Below are positions 27,549 through 37,357 of a stretch of 64,000 bases of DNA, piece by piece (position 1 is the first letter of the stretch; each line of letters begins with the position of its first letter). Below the pieces are notes generated by a model that saw only the letters and a program-made list of their open reading frames with translations, searched no databases and had not been told where the DNA came from. Source of the stretch: a virus. A program made the translations under genes and the position numbers. The stretch is from the IMG/VR virus record IMGVR_UViG_3300013306_000001, positions 26,096 to 90,095 of that record. One strand, written 5' to 3'.

Positions 27549-28423
27549 TGAGTATTATTGCTAGGTATTTTAATGGTACAAACGTGTCAGATGTGTCACA
27601 ACCCACCGGAACCTTCCCCGCAATGTCCAATCTAAACGTACCTTTCGGCCAACCGGGTATATACAATTTGGACGGGCATAACGTTGACTGTACATCGCCA
27701 GGCTTGTATAGGTTTAAATGTCCCTCTCGGCCTTACTGGATTAACAGGTTTATTGGTAAGAGTTTAAATGGTACAACTGACTTATATGCCTTAATGAGTG
27801 CAATAAGTTGGAACCAAGTGTATGGTTCTGCCCATGAATTATCTCCAGATCCAGTTAACATGACTGATACACAGTGCCAAACTATTAGTAATTCGGGGCA
27901 TTATGGCAAATGGAGATTTCGTTGTGGTTATGTTGTACGGTTTCTTCTATGGCTTCTACCACAATATGGGGTAATTTGTCGTAGAGTTCAGTTTAACACC
28001 GGAGAGGCATTTAATGGGTACAGCGACGGGCACGTTGCTATTGAAACTTATACAAGTGGTAGGTGGGTTTTGTGGGACATGAGCAATGGCTTATATTTCA
28101 CCAACGATTATGGTGAGCATTTAAGTACAAAGGCAGTCATGGAGATGTTTCGTTTAAGGGTTCCACCTGGTGTAGTTAGAATGGATGCCACAGACAAATG
28201 GTCCAGTGACGCCCCAGCTTATTTTGATATGAGCGTGTGGCGTGATGCAGAAGTGCTAACTCCTGATGAACTTATTGCGTGGCATAAGCGAGTCATGCAG
28301 ATTCCTGAAATTTCAAATGTTGCATGGCTCCCCCCCGGAACCGAAAGTAAAGCTACTTGGCTAGCAAGTCGTGGGGTTCAGGTGGTATCTGAGGCAACTT
28401 TCAATGCTCAATTCTATCCATAA
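27548..28423 (+). CDS. transglutaminase-like (Cys-His-Asp) domain protein
   Basis: RCG...RRVQF...GHVAIE...WVLWD. Confidence 0.65.
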   Translation: MSIIARYFNGTNVSDVSQPTGTFPAMSNLNVPFGQPGIYNLDGHNVDCTSPGLYRFKCPSRPYWINRFIGKSLNGTTDLYALMSAISWNQVYGSAHELSPDPVNMTDTQCQTISNSGHYGKWRFRCGYVVRFLLWLLPQYGVICRRVQFNTGEAFNGYSDGHVAIETYTSGRWVLWDMSNGLYFTNDYGEHLSTKAVMEMFRLRVPPGVVRMDATDKWSSDAPAYFDMSVWRDAEVLTPDELIAWHKRVMQIPEISNVAWLPPGTESKATWLASRGVQVVSEATFNAQFYP

Positions 28424-28499
28424 CTTGTAGAAATTTAGGCAGCATAGGATGTGCATAAGATAAGAGAGTTTTTAAATCTATTTTTAGAATTTTACTAAT

Positions 28500-28574
28500 A
28501 TGACAAACTATTCAGAAGCTGGAAAGCTCTTGGGTGTAGAGGAGGCAGCCGTAAAGGCTGTCGCTTCTTTTTAG
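28500..28574 (+). pseudogene. N-terminal remnant of a DUF3380-type muramidase endolysin
   Basis: MTNYSEAGKLLGVEEAAVKAVASF*, directly before the present endolysin. Confidence 0.55.
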
Positions 28575-28587
28575 TAAAGAGGTTTAT

Positions 28588-29016
28588 ATGAACATCAGTC
28601 AAAAAGGTATTAGTCTTATTAAGAGTTTTGAGGGATTATCTCTTAAAGCTTACAAAGACTCTGTTGGTGTAACCACAATTGGGTATGGCTCAACTGGCCC
28701 AGATGTTTCAATGGGACAAACCATCACAGAAGCTCAAGCGGAATCTTTGTTGAAGAGTGACCTTTCAAGGTTTGAGAAAGGGGTCAGTGATCTAGTTACT
28801 GCTCCACTTAATCAAAACCAATTTGATGCTTTAGTTAGCTTTAGCTTCAACCTTGGCTTAGGTAATCTCAAATCCTCGACTCTACTGCGAAAACTGAACT
28901 CTCTGGATTATTCAGGTGCAGCTAGGGAGTTTGAAAGATGGAACAAAGCTGGCGGTAAAGTTCTTGCTGGACTAACTCGTAGACGCATTGCAGAGAGAGA
29001 TTTGTTTCTTTCATAG
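28588..29016 (+). CDS. endolysin, GH24 phage lysozyme
   Basis: FEG..L.AY.D..GV.TIGYG (E-D-T triad), NQFDALVSF.FNLG, GL.RRR..E. Confidence 0.95.
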   Translation: MNISQKGISLIKSFEGLSLKAYKDSVGVTTIGYGSTGPDVSMGQTITEAQAESLLKSDLSRFEKGVSDLVTAPLNQNQFDALVSFSFNLGLGNLKSSTLLRKLNSLDYSGAAREFERWNKAGGKVLAGLTRRRIAERDLFLS

Positions 29017-29025
29017 GCATACATA

Positions 29026-29364
29026 ATGACAGACGTAAAGAATGAAACAGTTCCACTAACAGTAGATACACAAACAGAAGCTACGATCACTTCTACAGTA
29101 TCCTCAACCCCTAAGAAACTGGAGATAGTAAGTAACTGGCGTAAGGTTTTACTTACTTGGAGCTTTTGGCTTCATATGGGCTCTGTGATCTTAACCTTCG
29201 TTGATCAACTCTTGCCGTTTTTGGGTCTATTAGAACCAACGATGACAACTCAAACCTACGCCTTACTAATGTTCACGTTCAACGGACTAGGCTTGTTTGC
29301 AAGGTTTATCAAGCAACGTAAGTTGTGGGAATACAAACCAGAGGATAAGGACAATGTTCAGTAA
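29026..29364 (+). CDS. holin candidate
   Basis: Two hydrophobic segments, NWRK..WS, ARFIKQ; between endolysin and spanins. Confidence 0.65.
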   Translation: MTDVKNETVPLTVDTQTEATITSTVSSTPKKLEIVSNWRKVLLTWSFWLHMGSVILTFVDQLLPFLGLLEPTMTTQTYALLMFTFNGLGLFARFIKQRKLWEYKPEDKDNVQ

Positions 29365-29839
29365 CCTATTCTCTGGTGCTACTCTGTATATCATACTAGC
29401 TCTGTTGGCTTCGACAGCAGGATTTGGCTACCTTTCTTATAGTTTGAGCAACGATAAGGCTGTAGCAGTAGCTCAGCTTAAAGATGCTAATAAAGCGATT
29501 CTAGGCTATCAAAAGGCCGCTGAATTAAAGGATTCTTCTTGTAAATTAGACGACCAAGCAGTTGTTGAATCTTTAACAGAAAGAAAAGAAGTTAGGAATA
29601 AGATTGATAATTTAGTTGTTAAAATAAATAAACTCAAGACAGGAGTTGCAATAGCACCTTCCAATATAGAGACAAATAAAAATGCGAAAACTACTACAAT
29701 TTATGGCTCTGAGTTGCTTTCTCTTGATTTGCGTCTCTTGCTCGACTCAGCCTATTGCATTGCAAGCCCCGAAGACAGTATATGTGGGACCACCGGACAG
29801 CCTTCTAGTGTACCCTTGCAAAGCAAGCCCATCAGGTGA
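29354..29839 (+). CDS. inner-membrane spanin (Rz-like)
   Basis: N-terminal TM helix then coiled coil; ATG at 29354. Confidence 0.75.
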   Translation: MFSNLFSGATLYIILALLASTAGFGYLSYSLSNDKAVAVAQLKDANKAILGYQKAAELKDSSCKLDDQAVVESLTERKEVRNKIDNLVVKINKLKTGVAIAPSNIETNKNAKTTTIYGSELLSLDLRLLLDSAYCIASPEDSICGTTGQPSSVPLQSKPIR

Positions 29840-29969
29840 AAGTGTAATGGATTTGGCTGTAGCATACAGCAAGAATACCGGCTGTATTGCTATGTGGCAA
29901 AAGCAAATGGACAAGATTAAACAGAACAAGAAAGCGCAGGAGGCTCTTTATAATGTCAAGCCCAAGTGA
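29682..29969 (+). CDS. outer-membrane spanin lipoprotein (Rz1-like)
   Basis: Signal peptide with lipobox (CVSC), Pro-rich, overlaps the Rz-like gene in another frame. Confidence 0.8.
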   Translation: MRKLLQFMALSCFLLICVSCSTQPIALQAPKTVYVGPPDSLLVYPCKASPSGESVMDLAVAYSKNTGCIAMWQKQMDKIKQNKKAQEALYNVKPK

Positions 29970-30270
29970 TGCTAATACAAGGATGAACAACCTGATTGAG
30001 CGTGCATGTATTGCTCTGTTAGGTATTTGTGTCTCAGTGATGTTCATTAGCTATCAAAGTGTGACCAAGGACGTTAAGGACGCTAATGATAAGATCATCC
30101 TCTTGCAAATGGATAAGGTTGGAAAGTCTGACATGCGTGAATTTGAGGTTAGAACTAACTCTCGTATGGATGCGGGCTTTTCAAGTTTAGCACAGAGAGT
30201 TGATAGTAATCAGCAGGATATTCTCAGACAATTCCAGTTTTACTTTGATAAGGCTAAGAGTGGTCGATAG
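29953..30270 (+). CDS. membrane-anchored coiled-coil protein
   Basis: One TM helix; ATG at 29953. Confidence 0.55.
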   Translation: MSSPSDANTRMNNLIERACIALLGICVSVMFISYQSVTKDVKDANDKIILLQMDKVGKSDMREFEVRTNSRMDAGFSSLAQRVDSNQQDILRQFQFYFDKAKSGR

Positions 30271-30281
30271 GGAGATTGCAC

Positions 30282-30635
30282 ATGGTCTGGGTGATTATAG
30301 AAAGATTTGTTCATCTCATGACCTTAGTTCTTTTGATATTGATGATTAGTATCATCTTCAATAATAATAAAACTGGGGATGAAAGGAATACTTTTAGCTT
30401 AAAACTAGAAGAGTTCAGGCAGGAAAGTAAGAAGGTTACGGCAAGTAATGTAACTTATATTGAAGGTAGGATTAATACTCTAGCTGAGATTCAAGATAGT
30501 TATCAGGTAAGTACAAGTAATAAAATGTATATCCTTGAGAAGCGTATGGATAAACTTGAACAGCAGAATAAGTTAGCACCTAAGATCATCAACAATAATA
30601 ACTCTAATGCAGTGATAAACACCATGCTGCCTTGA
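30282..30635 (+). CDS. membrane-anchored coiled-coil protein
   Basis: N-terminal TM helix. Confidence 0.55.
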   Translation: MVWVIIERFVHLMTLVLLILMISIIFNNNKTGDERNTFSLKLEEFRQESKKVTASNVTYIEGRINTLAEIQDSYQVSTSNKMYILEKRMDKLEQQNKLAPKIINNNNSNAVINTMLP

Positions 30636-30708
30636 GAGAAAGAATAAAAATAAGTACTGCCCTAGCAGACATTTGAGGTTACGCCATTAACCCTATCTTA
30701 GATAATTA

Positions 30709-30748
30709 AAAAGCTCCCTATCCAATCACGGAAGGGAGCTTTCTTTTT
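30709..30748. terminator. bidirectional terminator between convergent gene blocks
   Basis: AAAAGCTCCCT...AGGGAGCTTTCTTTTT. Confidence 0.8.
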
Positions 30749-30757
30749 GCCTAAATT

Positions 30758-31494
30758 TTACCAACTACTGTAGTTAGTTACATCTTTATTGATAAACAGT
30801 TCTTCACAAACAAATGAAGTCTTTGTACCAAGACCAGTAGGAACTACTTTAAAATAGAATTCATACTCTTTTTCATTTAGTTCCTCAAGAGCTTTAATTT
30901 TCTTCCTAAGTTCGTCTACATTCTTATTTTCTACAATGTCCAAGCTTAGCCAGATATTCATATCATTCCTCCAAATTAGTCGTCTTAACGCTACTCTCGA
31001 AAGACTTTTCCAAATCCTTCAGACTCTTATTAATCACTTGTTGCTTCTGTTCAACTACACTCACACCATCTTCAATCTGAGACTTCTTCCAGTCAAGCCA
31101 GAGATAGCCGCCTAGTAGCACTGTGGCTAAGAGGAAGAGTGTAGCAGCAATGTCGATCAATGGTCCTTTCATATTATTCTCCTTATGGATAACGAATGAT
31201 CTTAACTTTCTTCGATTTCTCTACAAGCTTTTGACGAAGTTTTTCTTGTTTATTATCTTCTTCAATTTTTAGAACAATGTCAATAATTTTCTTAGCCCTC
31301 TCTAGAGAGCCGTATGGTCCAAATTCTTTTGCAAAAGCTTCTTTGCTCATGCTGCTTGTGTAACCCATCCAATCAAGTTTAAGTCTTGCTGGATACCAAG
31401 ACAAGGAGTCCTGCCATACGTGGACCTCTGCCAGATATTCTGTAACATCAACACCATCGTAGGTTTTGGTTGTCTGTTTAATGCGTGTTCTCAT
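30758..31494 (-). other. three small hypothetical CDS (30758-30961, 30963-31172, 31183-31494)
   Basis: Tightly packed ORFs with SD sequences. Confidence 0.6.
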
Positions 31495-31516
31495 AATTCT
31501 TTCCTCAAGTCCACAA

Positions 31517-32193
31517 TTAGTTTCCGAAATTTTCACCATAGTAGTGAAGTTCTGCTTGTTTCCTGATGGCAACAGCTTCGTCGTAATCTTTATATGCACC
31601 TAAACATAATCTCTTACCATTGGTGCTTATCCTTACCCTCCAGTTACTATTTGCAGCTTCCCAAGAGACCCCTGTTGTACCAGAAGTATTGGTTATGGGG
31701 GTGTTCTTGTTGATAGCTTGTAAATAGGTATCCACCCAACGGCAATTTTCTTTTGTATAGTTGCCGTTTGGATCAATCCTGTCCAGTGTAAGATTATCAG
31801 AGTATCCTTTGCTCATGTCCTCCCAAAACCCTTCAAAATTTTCCCACGCAGGATCGTATGAAACACCTCTCCCTCCATAACTTAGGTACGAATCATTTTT
31901 CTGGTTGTTACATCTAGCCTTCATCCCACTCCACGTTTGGTATTGCCGTGTTCCATGAAAACCATGTGTTGTGTTATTCTTACCGACCCTAACACTTGAC
32001 TCTCTAAGAAGACAACCGCACGATTTTACATTTCCTTTTATAATTTGCCTTGTAAGTAACACAACGCTATTACCACAATCACAAAGACAATTCCAATAAT
32101 CTGCTTGATAATGACTTTTATCCGATAAGGTCAAAGCAGTTAATCTATTAAATTTTGATTTTGAATATCTAACCCTTTATATTTTGCACTCAT
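31517..32193 (-). pseudogene. HNH/AP2 homing endonuclease with a frameshift near its 5' end
   Basis: WNCLCDCGN, SCGC, YGGRG, TLDRIDPNGNYTKENCRW; natural N-terminus (ATG 32193) is out of frame. Confidence 0.7.
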
Positions 32194-32194
32194 A

Positions 32195-32794
32195 TTAACT
32201 CCACAAACTCCTATGAATTTTAATCAACCGAATAAGCATTTCTTCTTCTTGTTTAAGATAGTCTTCTTTGTTCTCAAAGTCAACATTTTTTCTGTCTTTA
32301 TTGGCTTTCCACCAATTATAAATCTCGTTCTGTTCAATTGCTGCAAGAGCTTGTGGTGTGAGAGTGCCATATTTAGGACTGTCAGACTCAACTCCCCAAT
32401 CCTCATCATAGGTGAGCTTCATTTCCCACTGATGTGTCTCAAGACCTTTCTCTTGCTCGATAAACTTTTCAAGCTCATAGAACAAGCAGACAGGGATACG
32501 ATACACAAGGTCGTACCATTCACCTTTCTTCAAACCACCATCAAGGACGTGAGAGTTACCTTTAGAGTTCTTCAGATAAATCTTGACAGAATAGATCAAG
32601 TCTGAAGGGAACAGGATAATGTCTTGAAGTTTGTCAATGACGTGTTCAAGCTTAGGTGTCTTGTCTACACCAGTTGAAATACGTTCTGTAAGCATATCAA
32701 AAGTAAGCGGTTTCTTAGAATCCTCTGAAAGCATCCAAGAGAATACTTTTGAGTCAGACCAGTAAGACTTTCGGTATTGTTTATAGAATTTCAT
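32195..32794 (-). CDS. hypothetical protein
   Basis: ATG 32794 with GGAG SD; own promoter upstream. Confidence 0.65.
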   Translation of the reverse strand: MKFYKQYRKSYWSDSKVFSWMLSEDSKKPLTFDMLTERISTGVDKTPKLEHVIDKLQDIILFPSDLIYSVKIYLKNSKGNSHVLDGGLKKGEWYDLVYRIPVCLFYELEKFIEQEKGLETHQWEMKLTYDEDWGVESDSPKYGTLTPQALAAIEQNEIYNWWKANKDRKNVDFENKEDYLKQEEEMLIRLIKIHRSLWS

Positions 32795-32845
32795 TTTATT
32801 TCTCCATAAAGAAAAAGGCTCACATCCCCGAAGAGACATGAGCCA

Positions 32846-32873
32846 AGGATAGCACATCAGATTATTGTGTCAA
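32846..32873 (-). promoter_or_regulatory. sigma70-like promoter
   Basis: TTGACA-16 nt-TATCCT on the minus strand. Confidence 0.5.
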
Positions 32874-33061
32874 GTTTTTGTTAGGCAATTTTTACACATA
32901 CAAACGTCATTCATTTCTAATCCTTTGCTCTGTACACTGAAACACCAGCAGACGTTCTTACCTAACATAATATCGCATCGAACTGGCATTTCACATCGAG
33001 GACAAGAGTGAGTCACGTTAGATTGTGTACCAACCTTTTCCATTAGTTCTACGTAGTCCAT
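32870..33061 (-). CDS. cysteine-rich CWC family protein
   Basis: CPRC...C...CWC...CMCKNCL. Confidence 0.7.
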   Translation of the reverse strand: MDYVELMEKVGTQSNVTHSCPRCEMPVRCDIMLGKNVCWCFSVQSKGLEMNDVCMCKNCLTKT

Positions 33062-33068
33062 CTATACC

Positions 33069-35291
33069 TCAGTTGAAGACAATTTCACACACGCCACCAC
33101 TACAGCCGACAGCTCCCATAGTATCTACATCTGTGTAGCTCTGTTGAGACAAGTCTTTAGAAAAATCTACATCAACAAAGTTTGTATTGATACTGACCCA
33201 TTTATGAAGGTTATGACAATCCTTCAACATAAAAGTAAGTTTCATAACATCTCCGTCAAAGTTCTTTTCTGCAAACTTCTTAACTCGACGTACCCAATCC
33301 CGTTTCAGCAAATCACTAGAATCTTCTGGATCAAGCTTCAATCCAAACCCAAGCGCTGTATCACATGCCATCCACAAGTTGTTACCAAATGCTTGCAATG
33401 CACCAACAATCAAGCCAGATGCAAACATTGAGCTATCACCATACATATCCAGAATCTGCTGTGCTGTAAACACTTCAGTGAACGGAGCTTGAGCATATGC
33501 ACGATCACCCATAGAGCTGAGAAGGGAAATACCAGCAAACCACTTACGGTTGTTGTAGATATATTCCTCAACCTCATCCCAATCATCAACTGTAATAGTA
33601 TTACTTACATTGTGACGAAGATCAGGGTCAACACACAGTTCATAGTTTGTACCATGTTCAATCCAATATTGCTGAGCAGTCTTAACATAATCAAGCTGTT
33701 TCACGCCCATCAAATCTGATTTGTAGATACTTCCTTCTTTACTCTCAACAGGGAAGCTAACTACAACATCTGTCCCGTTACTACTCCAAACACTTGACTC
33801 AACCATTTTAGGGTTAGTCTTAGTAATGATGCGAGTAACCTCATCTCCAACATTCATCTGTACATTTCGTAGATATTTAGGGCTGTGTTCCCCATGAATA
33901 CCTGAAGCCGTACCCAACACAACAGAGGCATTGCCACTTGGTTTTACTGCTGTAGTTCGTGCTGCTTGATTAATACCAAGAAGAATAGCAACAACAGAGT
34001 TGATATCTTTAACAACTGTTGCACCATCAATCATGTTTTGTGGATCAAACAGAACATCAGGATTATTCATCCAACCTGTAATACTCACACCAAGTAGAGC
34101 TTCTTTTTCTGTGATTCGACGTGTAGCATCAGACAGATATTTGAAATTAGAGTAACCAGCTTGCAGAGTACCAAGGATTGCACCAGCTTTACAAGCTCGG
34201 AAGAATGACTCTTTATCTACGCATCGACCGCCATTAATCTCCGTCAGATTACAAAATTGAAAGCCCGATTCACCATTCTCCGCAACTGGCAACATGCCAA
34301 TTTCTACACAAGGGTTGAAACAGAACTCTTTATTCTCAGTAAAGATGAAACCGGGTTCACCAAAGTCTTTAACAGATTTCATAATATTAGCCCATTCTTC
34401 ACGACTAAGTTCATCACGAACAAGCATTACAGAGTTATTGCTACGACCACGTTGAGGGTTATCAACAAACCAGTCACCAGTTTTGGCCTTCAACATCAAC
34501 TCATCATCTTTATCAAACATACAGATGGTTGCTGATCGGCGAACACCACCACTTAAAACAGCGTCAGACATATGCATAACAAAGTCATAGGCTGTGATTG
34601 TAGGAACGCTAACACCCTCTGTTTTACCCTCAACTAATGCCTCTAGCAACGCTTCACACTTGACCAACGCACTACGCAACCCGTCTGGGCCAGGAGCTTT
34701 AAAACCGCCGCTAATCAAAGCTCCTTTAGGTCGAATCTTATTGAAATCAAAGTGTACTTGACAGCCTTTATAATCAGGGAATGTACCGCCATCTACAAAA
34801 TAGCTGCTGAACAATACGCCAAAAGCATCTGCCCAACCTTCAATTGTGTCTGGAACCTGAAAAACTTTTACTTTCTTTTCATAACGCTTATGTACTTTTG
34901 GTAGCTTAGCAATGTGATGAGATTGTACAGAGAACCCAACACCACAACCACACAACAGAAGGTACATACACTCTTGGAAGAATGCTGCGCGGTCACAATG
35001 AGATACGGAGCAATTATACATACGAGCTTCGTGTTTAAACAGTTGCTCACCACCAAACTGTAATGCTCGTTGTGCCCCTAGCACAACTTTATCTTTATAG
35101 GCTTGTTCTGCAAAAGAGATATATTCTTCAAGCTCTGGTGTCATAACAGCAGCATATTTCTGCCGATGCATATTCATTACACGAGAGACTGATTCATCCC
35201 AAGTTTCATATCCACCCTTTACTTCGTCCCAACGAGAGTAGCCCATGTAAAACTTTGATTGACTCATCATATTTTTGCCAGCGGTATTCAT
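33069..35291 (-). CDS. nrdJ: ribonucleotide reductase, class II (B12-dependent, monomeric RTPR-like)
   Basis: YNCS, GGVRRSA, NPCVEI, CNLTEIN, VKPSGNAS, C-terminal CSGGVC; no beta subunit adjacent. Confidence 0.8.
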   Translation of the reverse strand: MNTAGKNMMSQSKFYMGYSRWDEVKGGYETWDESVSRVMNMHRQKYAAVMTPELEEYISFAEQAYKDKVVLGAQRALQFGGEQLFKHEARMYNCSVSHCDRAAFFQECMYLLLCGCGVGFSVQSHHIAKLPKVHKRYEKKVKVFQVPDTIEGWADAFGVLFSSYFVDGGTFPDYKGCQVHFDFNKIRPKGALISGGFKAPGPDGLRSALVKCEALLEALVEGKTEGVSVPTITAYDFVMHMSDAVLSGGVRRSATICMFDKDDELMLKAKTGDWFVDNPQRGRSNNSVMLVRDELSREEWANIMKSVKDFGEPGFIFTENKEFCFNPCVEIGMLPVAENGESGFQFCNLTEINGGRCVDKESFFRACKAGAILGTLQAGYSNFKYLSDATRRITEKEALLGVSITGWMNNPDVLFDPQNMIDGATVVKDINSVVAILLGINQAARTTAVKPSGNASVVLGTASGIHGEHSPKYLRNVQMNVGDEVTRIITKTNPKMVESSVWSSNGTDVVVSFPVESKEGSIYKSDLMGVKQLDYVKTAQQYWIEHGTNYELCVDPDLRHNVSNTITVDDWDEVEEYIYNNRKWFAGISLLSSMGDRAYAQAPFTEVFTAQQILDMYGDSSMFASGLIVGALQAFGNNLWMACDTALGFGLKLDPEDSSDLLKRDWVRRVKKFAEKNFDGDVMKLTFMLKDCHNLHKWVSINTNFVDVDFSKDLSQQSYTDVDTMGAVGCSGGVCEIVFN

Positions 35292-35303
35292 ACAACTCCT
35301 TAT

Positions 35304-35969
35304 TTATAAATATTTAGTTTCTTTGTTCGTAGAGTGATATAACCTAAGATTCCAAACTCTAGATGTTAAAGCTTCAGCTACATCGCTTCTAAAACAGGGC
35401 TGTAATGCATACCAACTTACAGCTTTTTCAATTTGTATTGACTTCTCCCATTGCCAAGCCTTGTGAGCTACGAACGGATCAGATGTCATACCCAGATGTT
35501 TATACCCTCCACCAAAACAGTTGACTCTAGCAAAGAAAGGGTTAATCAAGTTCTTTCCTTTATACCTCCTTTTGTCATAAGCAACACCCACAGGTGTAGT
35601 TGTGTTTGTTGTAACTAGCCTAAGTAAGGTATTTATCTCGTGCGGTACAAAGACACAACTATCTTCGCAATAGTGCTTGTTACCCGGCGATAATATGTCT
35701 TTATCTAGATCCATTCCTTCCCATATGAATGTCTTCATCGATAACTTAAAACTTGAGAAGTATTTCCAGTTGTCTGTTACTGTGGCCTGTTTATAAGTAG
35801 GGAATTTCAACTTAAACTCTTCTGATTTTGTTCTCCGTAAAACATCTTTCCAACTTGCATATATGGGGCACATTGTCTGTTTACCATTGTCATCTGTAAC
35901 GATCACATTATAGTCAGCATCATTGATACCCCAACCCCAAACTAACTTATTCCTTTTCCTAAGCTGCAC
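35304..35969 (-). CDS. HNH-like homing endonuclease (GIND family paralog)
   Basis: GWGINDAD, W..FS.F, LDKDIL..GNKHY....CVFVP. Confidence 0.75.
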   Translation of the reverse strand: MQLRKRNKLVWGWGINDADYNVIVTDDNGKQTMCPIYASWKDVLRRTKSEEFKLKFPTYKQATVTDNWKYFSSFKLSMKTFIWEGMDLDKDILSPGNKHYCEDSCVFVPHEINTLLRLVTTNTTTPVGVAYDKRRYKGKNLINPFFARVNCFGGGYKHLGMTSDPFVAHKAWQWEKSIQIEKAVSWYALQPCFRSDVAEALTSRVWNLRLYHSTNKETKYL

Positions 35970-36696
35970 CCTTGTGTTTCTCCATCTGCTCTAGAATCAT
36001 CCCAGTGTTATTACTTTGTGCTCCCATGTTCAACAAGTCAATACGTAGGTTAAGCTCACAACTCTCTACAATAGCTTCCCAGCTCGCAGCCCCTTGAGTT
36101 AGCCATTCACCAGTACGCTCATGACCCTGATACATCAGACAGTCTACGATATTCCCACGAAGATTACGATGTTTGCAAACTACTTCATCTACTCCCATGG
36201 CCACATCCAATCCGTTATTAAAAAGAAATTTATTAATCTCTTCTTTATTGTCTTCCCCAAATGCTTGGGCGAACCCTTCACAGAGAAGTAAATCTGACAA
36301 ACTCAAATTAAATCCTACGGCCATTTTATTCTTCCCCAACCAAAATACTACGAGCAGCTTCCATTACAGCATCGGAAACATCATTGAATGAATCTTTACT
36401 ATCAATAGCATTCCTAAGCTTGTTTCGATCAACACCAGCTTCTTCAAAAACTGTAAGGAAAGCACCCCAAGCTTTATCTTCAAGGTAGCAAAGTTGTTCG
36501 TAATTCATTCTGTGTACTCCTCAAAAGCTTCTTGTGGTGAACTACCACCTTCATACAGCTCAATAAACTCTACAATGTTCTCTTGTACAACCAACCAAGC
36601 ATCTTCTTTCTTCATCAGGAATCCACGCTTCTTTAGGATGTTGATCAAGTCTGCAATCCAAGATGATACGTTATAGTCATCACGTTCAATAATCAT
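35959..36696 (-). other. three small hypothetical CDS (35959-36339, 36326-36508, 36505-36696)
   Basis: Overlapping start/stop packing. Confidence 0.6.
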
Positions 36697-36697
36697 T

Positions 36698-37357
36698 TTA
36701 TTTCTCCATAACTTCTTTAAGGAACGGGAAGTATTTTACCACTTCTTCTTTACATTTGATAGCTACATCTTGATGTTCTAGTTGTGTACCGTTGGCTTCT
36801 CGTAGGGAACAATAGTGTAGCCAACTACGAACAGTACCATTCATGTACATCTTACTCATTGTCAAACCTTCTGGAAGAATAACACGAGCAACTTCTTTAG
36901 CGATGCCTTTATCTAAAGCACTTTGATAAATATCTTTTGTACGAGCTAATAGGATTTCTTGTACTTCTTCCCACCACCCGATTGTTTCATCGTCCCAACA
37001 CGCCAAGCTATTTTGTCGGTTCTTTGTATCTTGCAAACGGCATTCACGAGTAATAAAGTCTGTACTTTCTGCATAACGTTGGCTGAACTCTTGAAAGCTA
37101 AAACTACGGTGACGAAGAATCTGCCGTGCAATATCCCGTGGAGCCTCAATCTCCATTGTAATGTTACAGGTTTCAAACACTGAATAGTGGTGATGTTCTA
37201 CGAAATATTTAAGAAGCTTTGCTGCTGTGTCGAAGTTACTTTGATTCTGTGGTGCTGAGACCCGTGCGGCGAACGAAATTATACCCTCGCTATCTGGGAT
37301 GTCCTCCACTACTGGTTGGGTAACTCCAATCACACGACATTTAATGAAATCAAACAT
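36698..37357 (-). CDS. thyX: flavin-dependent thymidylate synthase
   Basis: RHRSFSFQEFSQRY motif; AKEVARVILP. Confidence 0.95.
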   Translation of the reverse strand: MFDFIKCRVIGVTQPVVEDIPDSEGIISFAARVSAPQNQSNFDTAAKLLKYFVEHHHYSVFETCNITMEIEAPRDIARQILRHRSFSFQEFSQRYAESTDFITRECRLQDTKNRQNSLACWDDETIGWWEEVQEILLARTKDIYQSALDKGIAKEVARVILPEGLTMSKMYMNGTVRSWLHYCSLREANGTQLEHQDVAIKCKEEVVKYFPFLKEVMEK

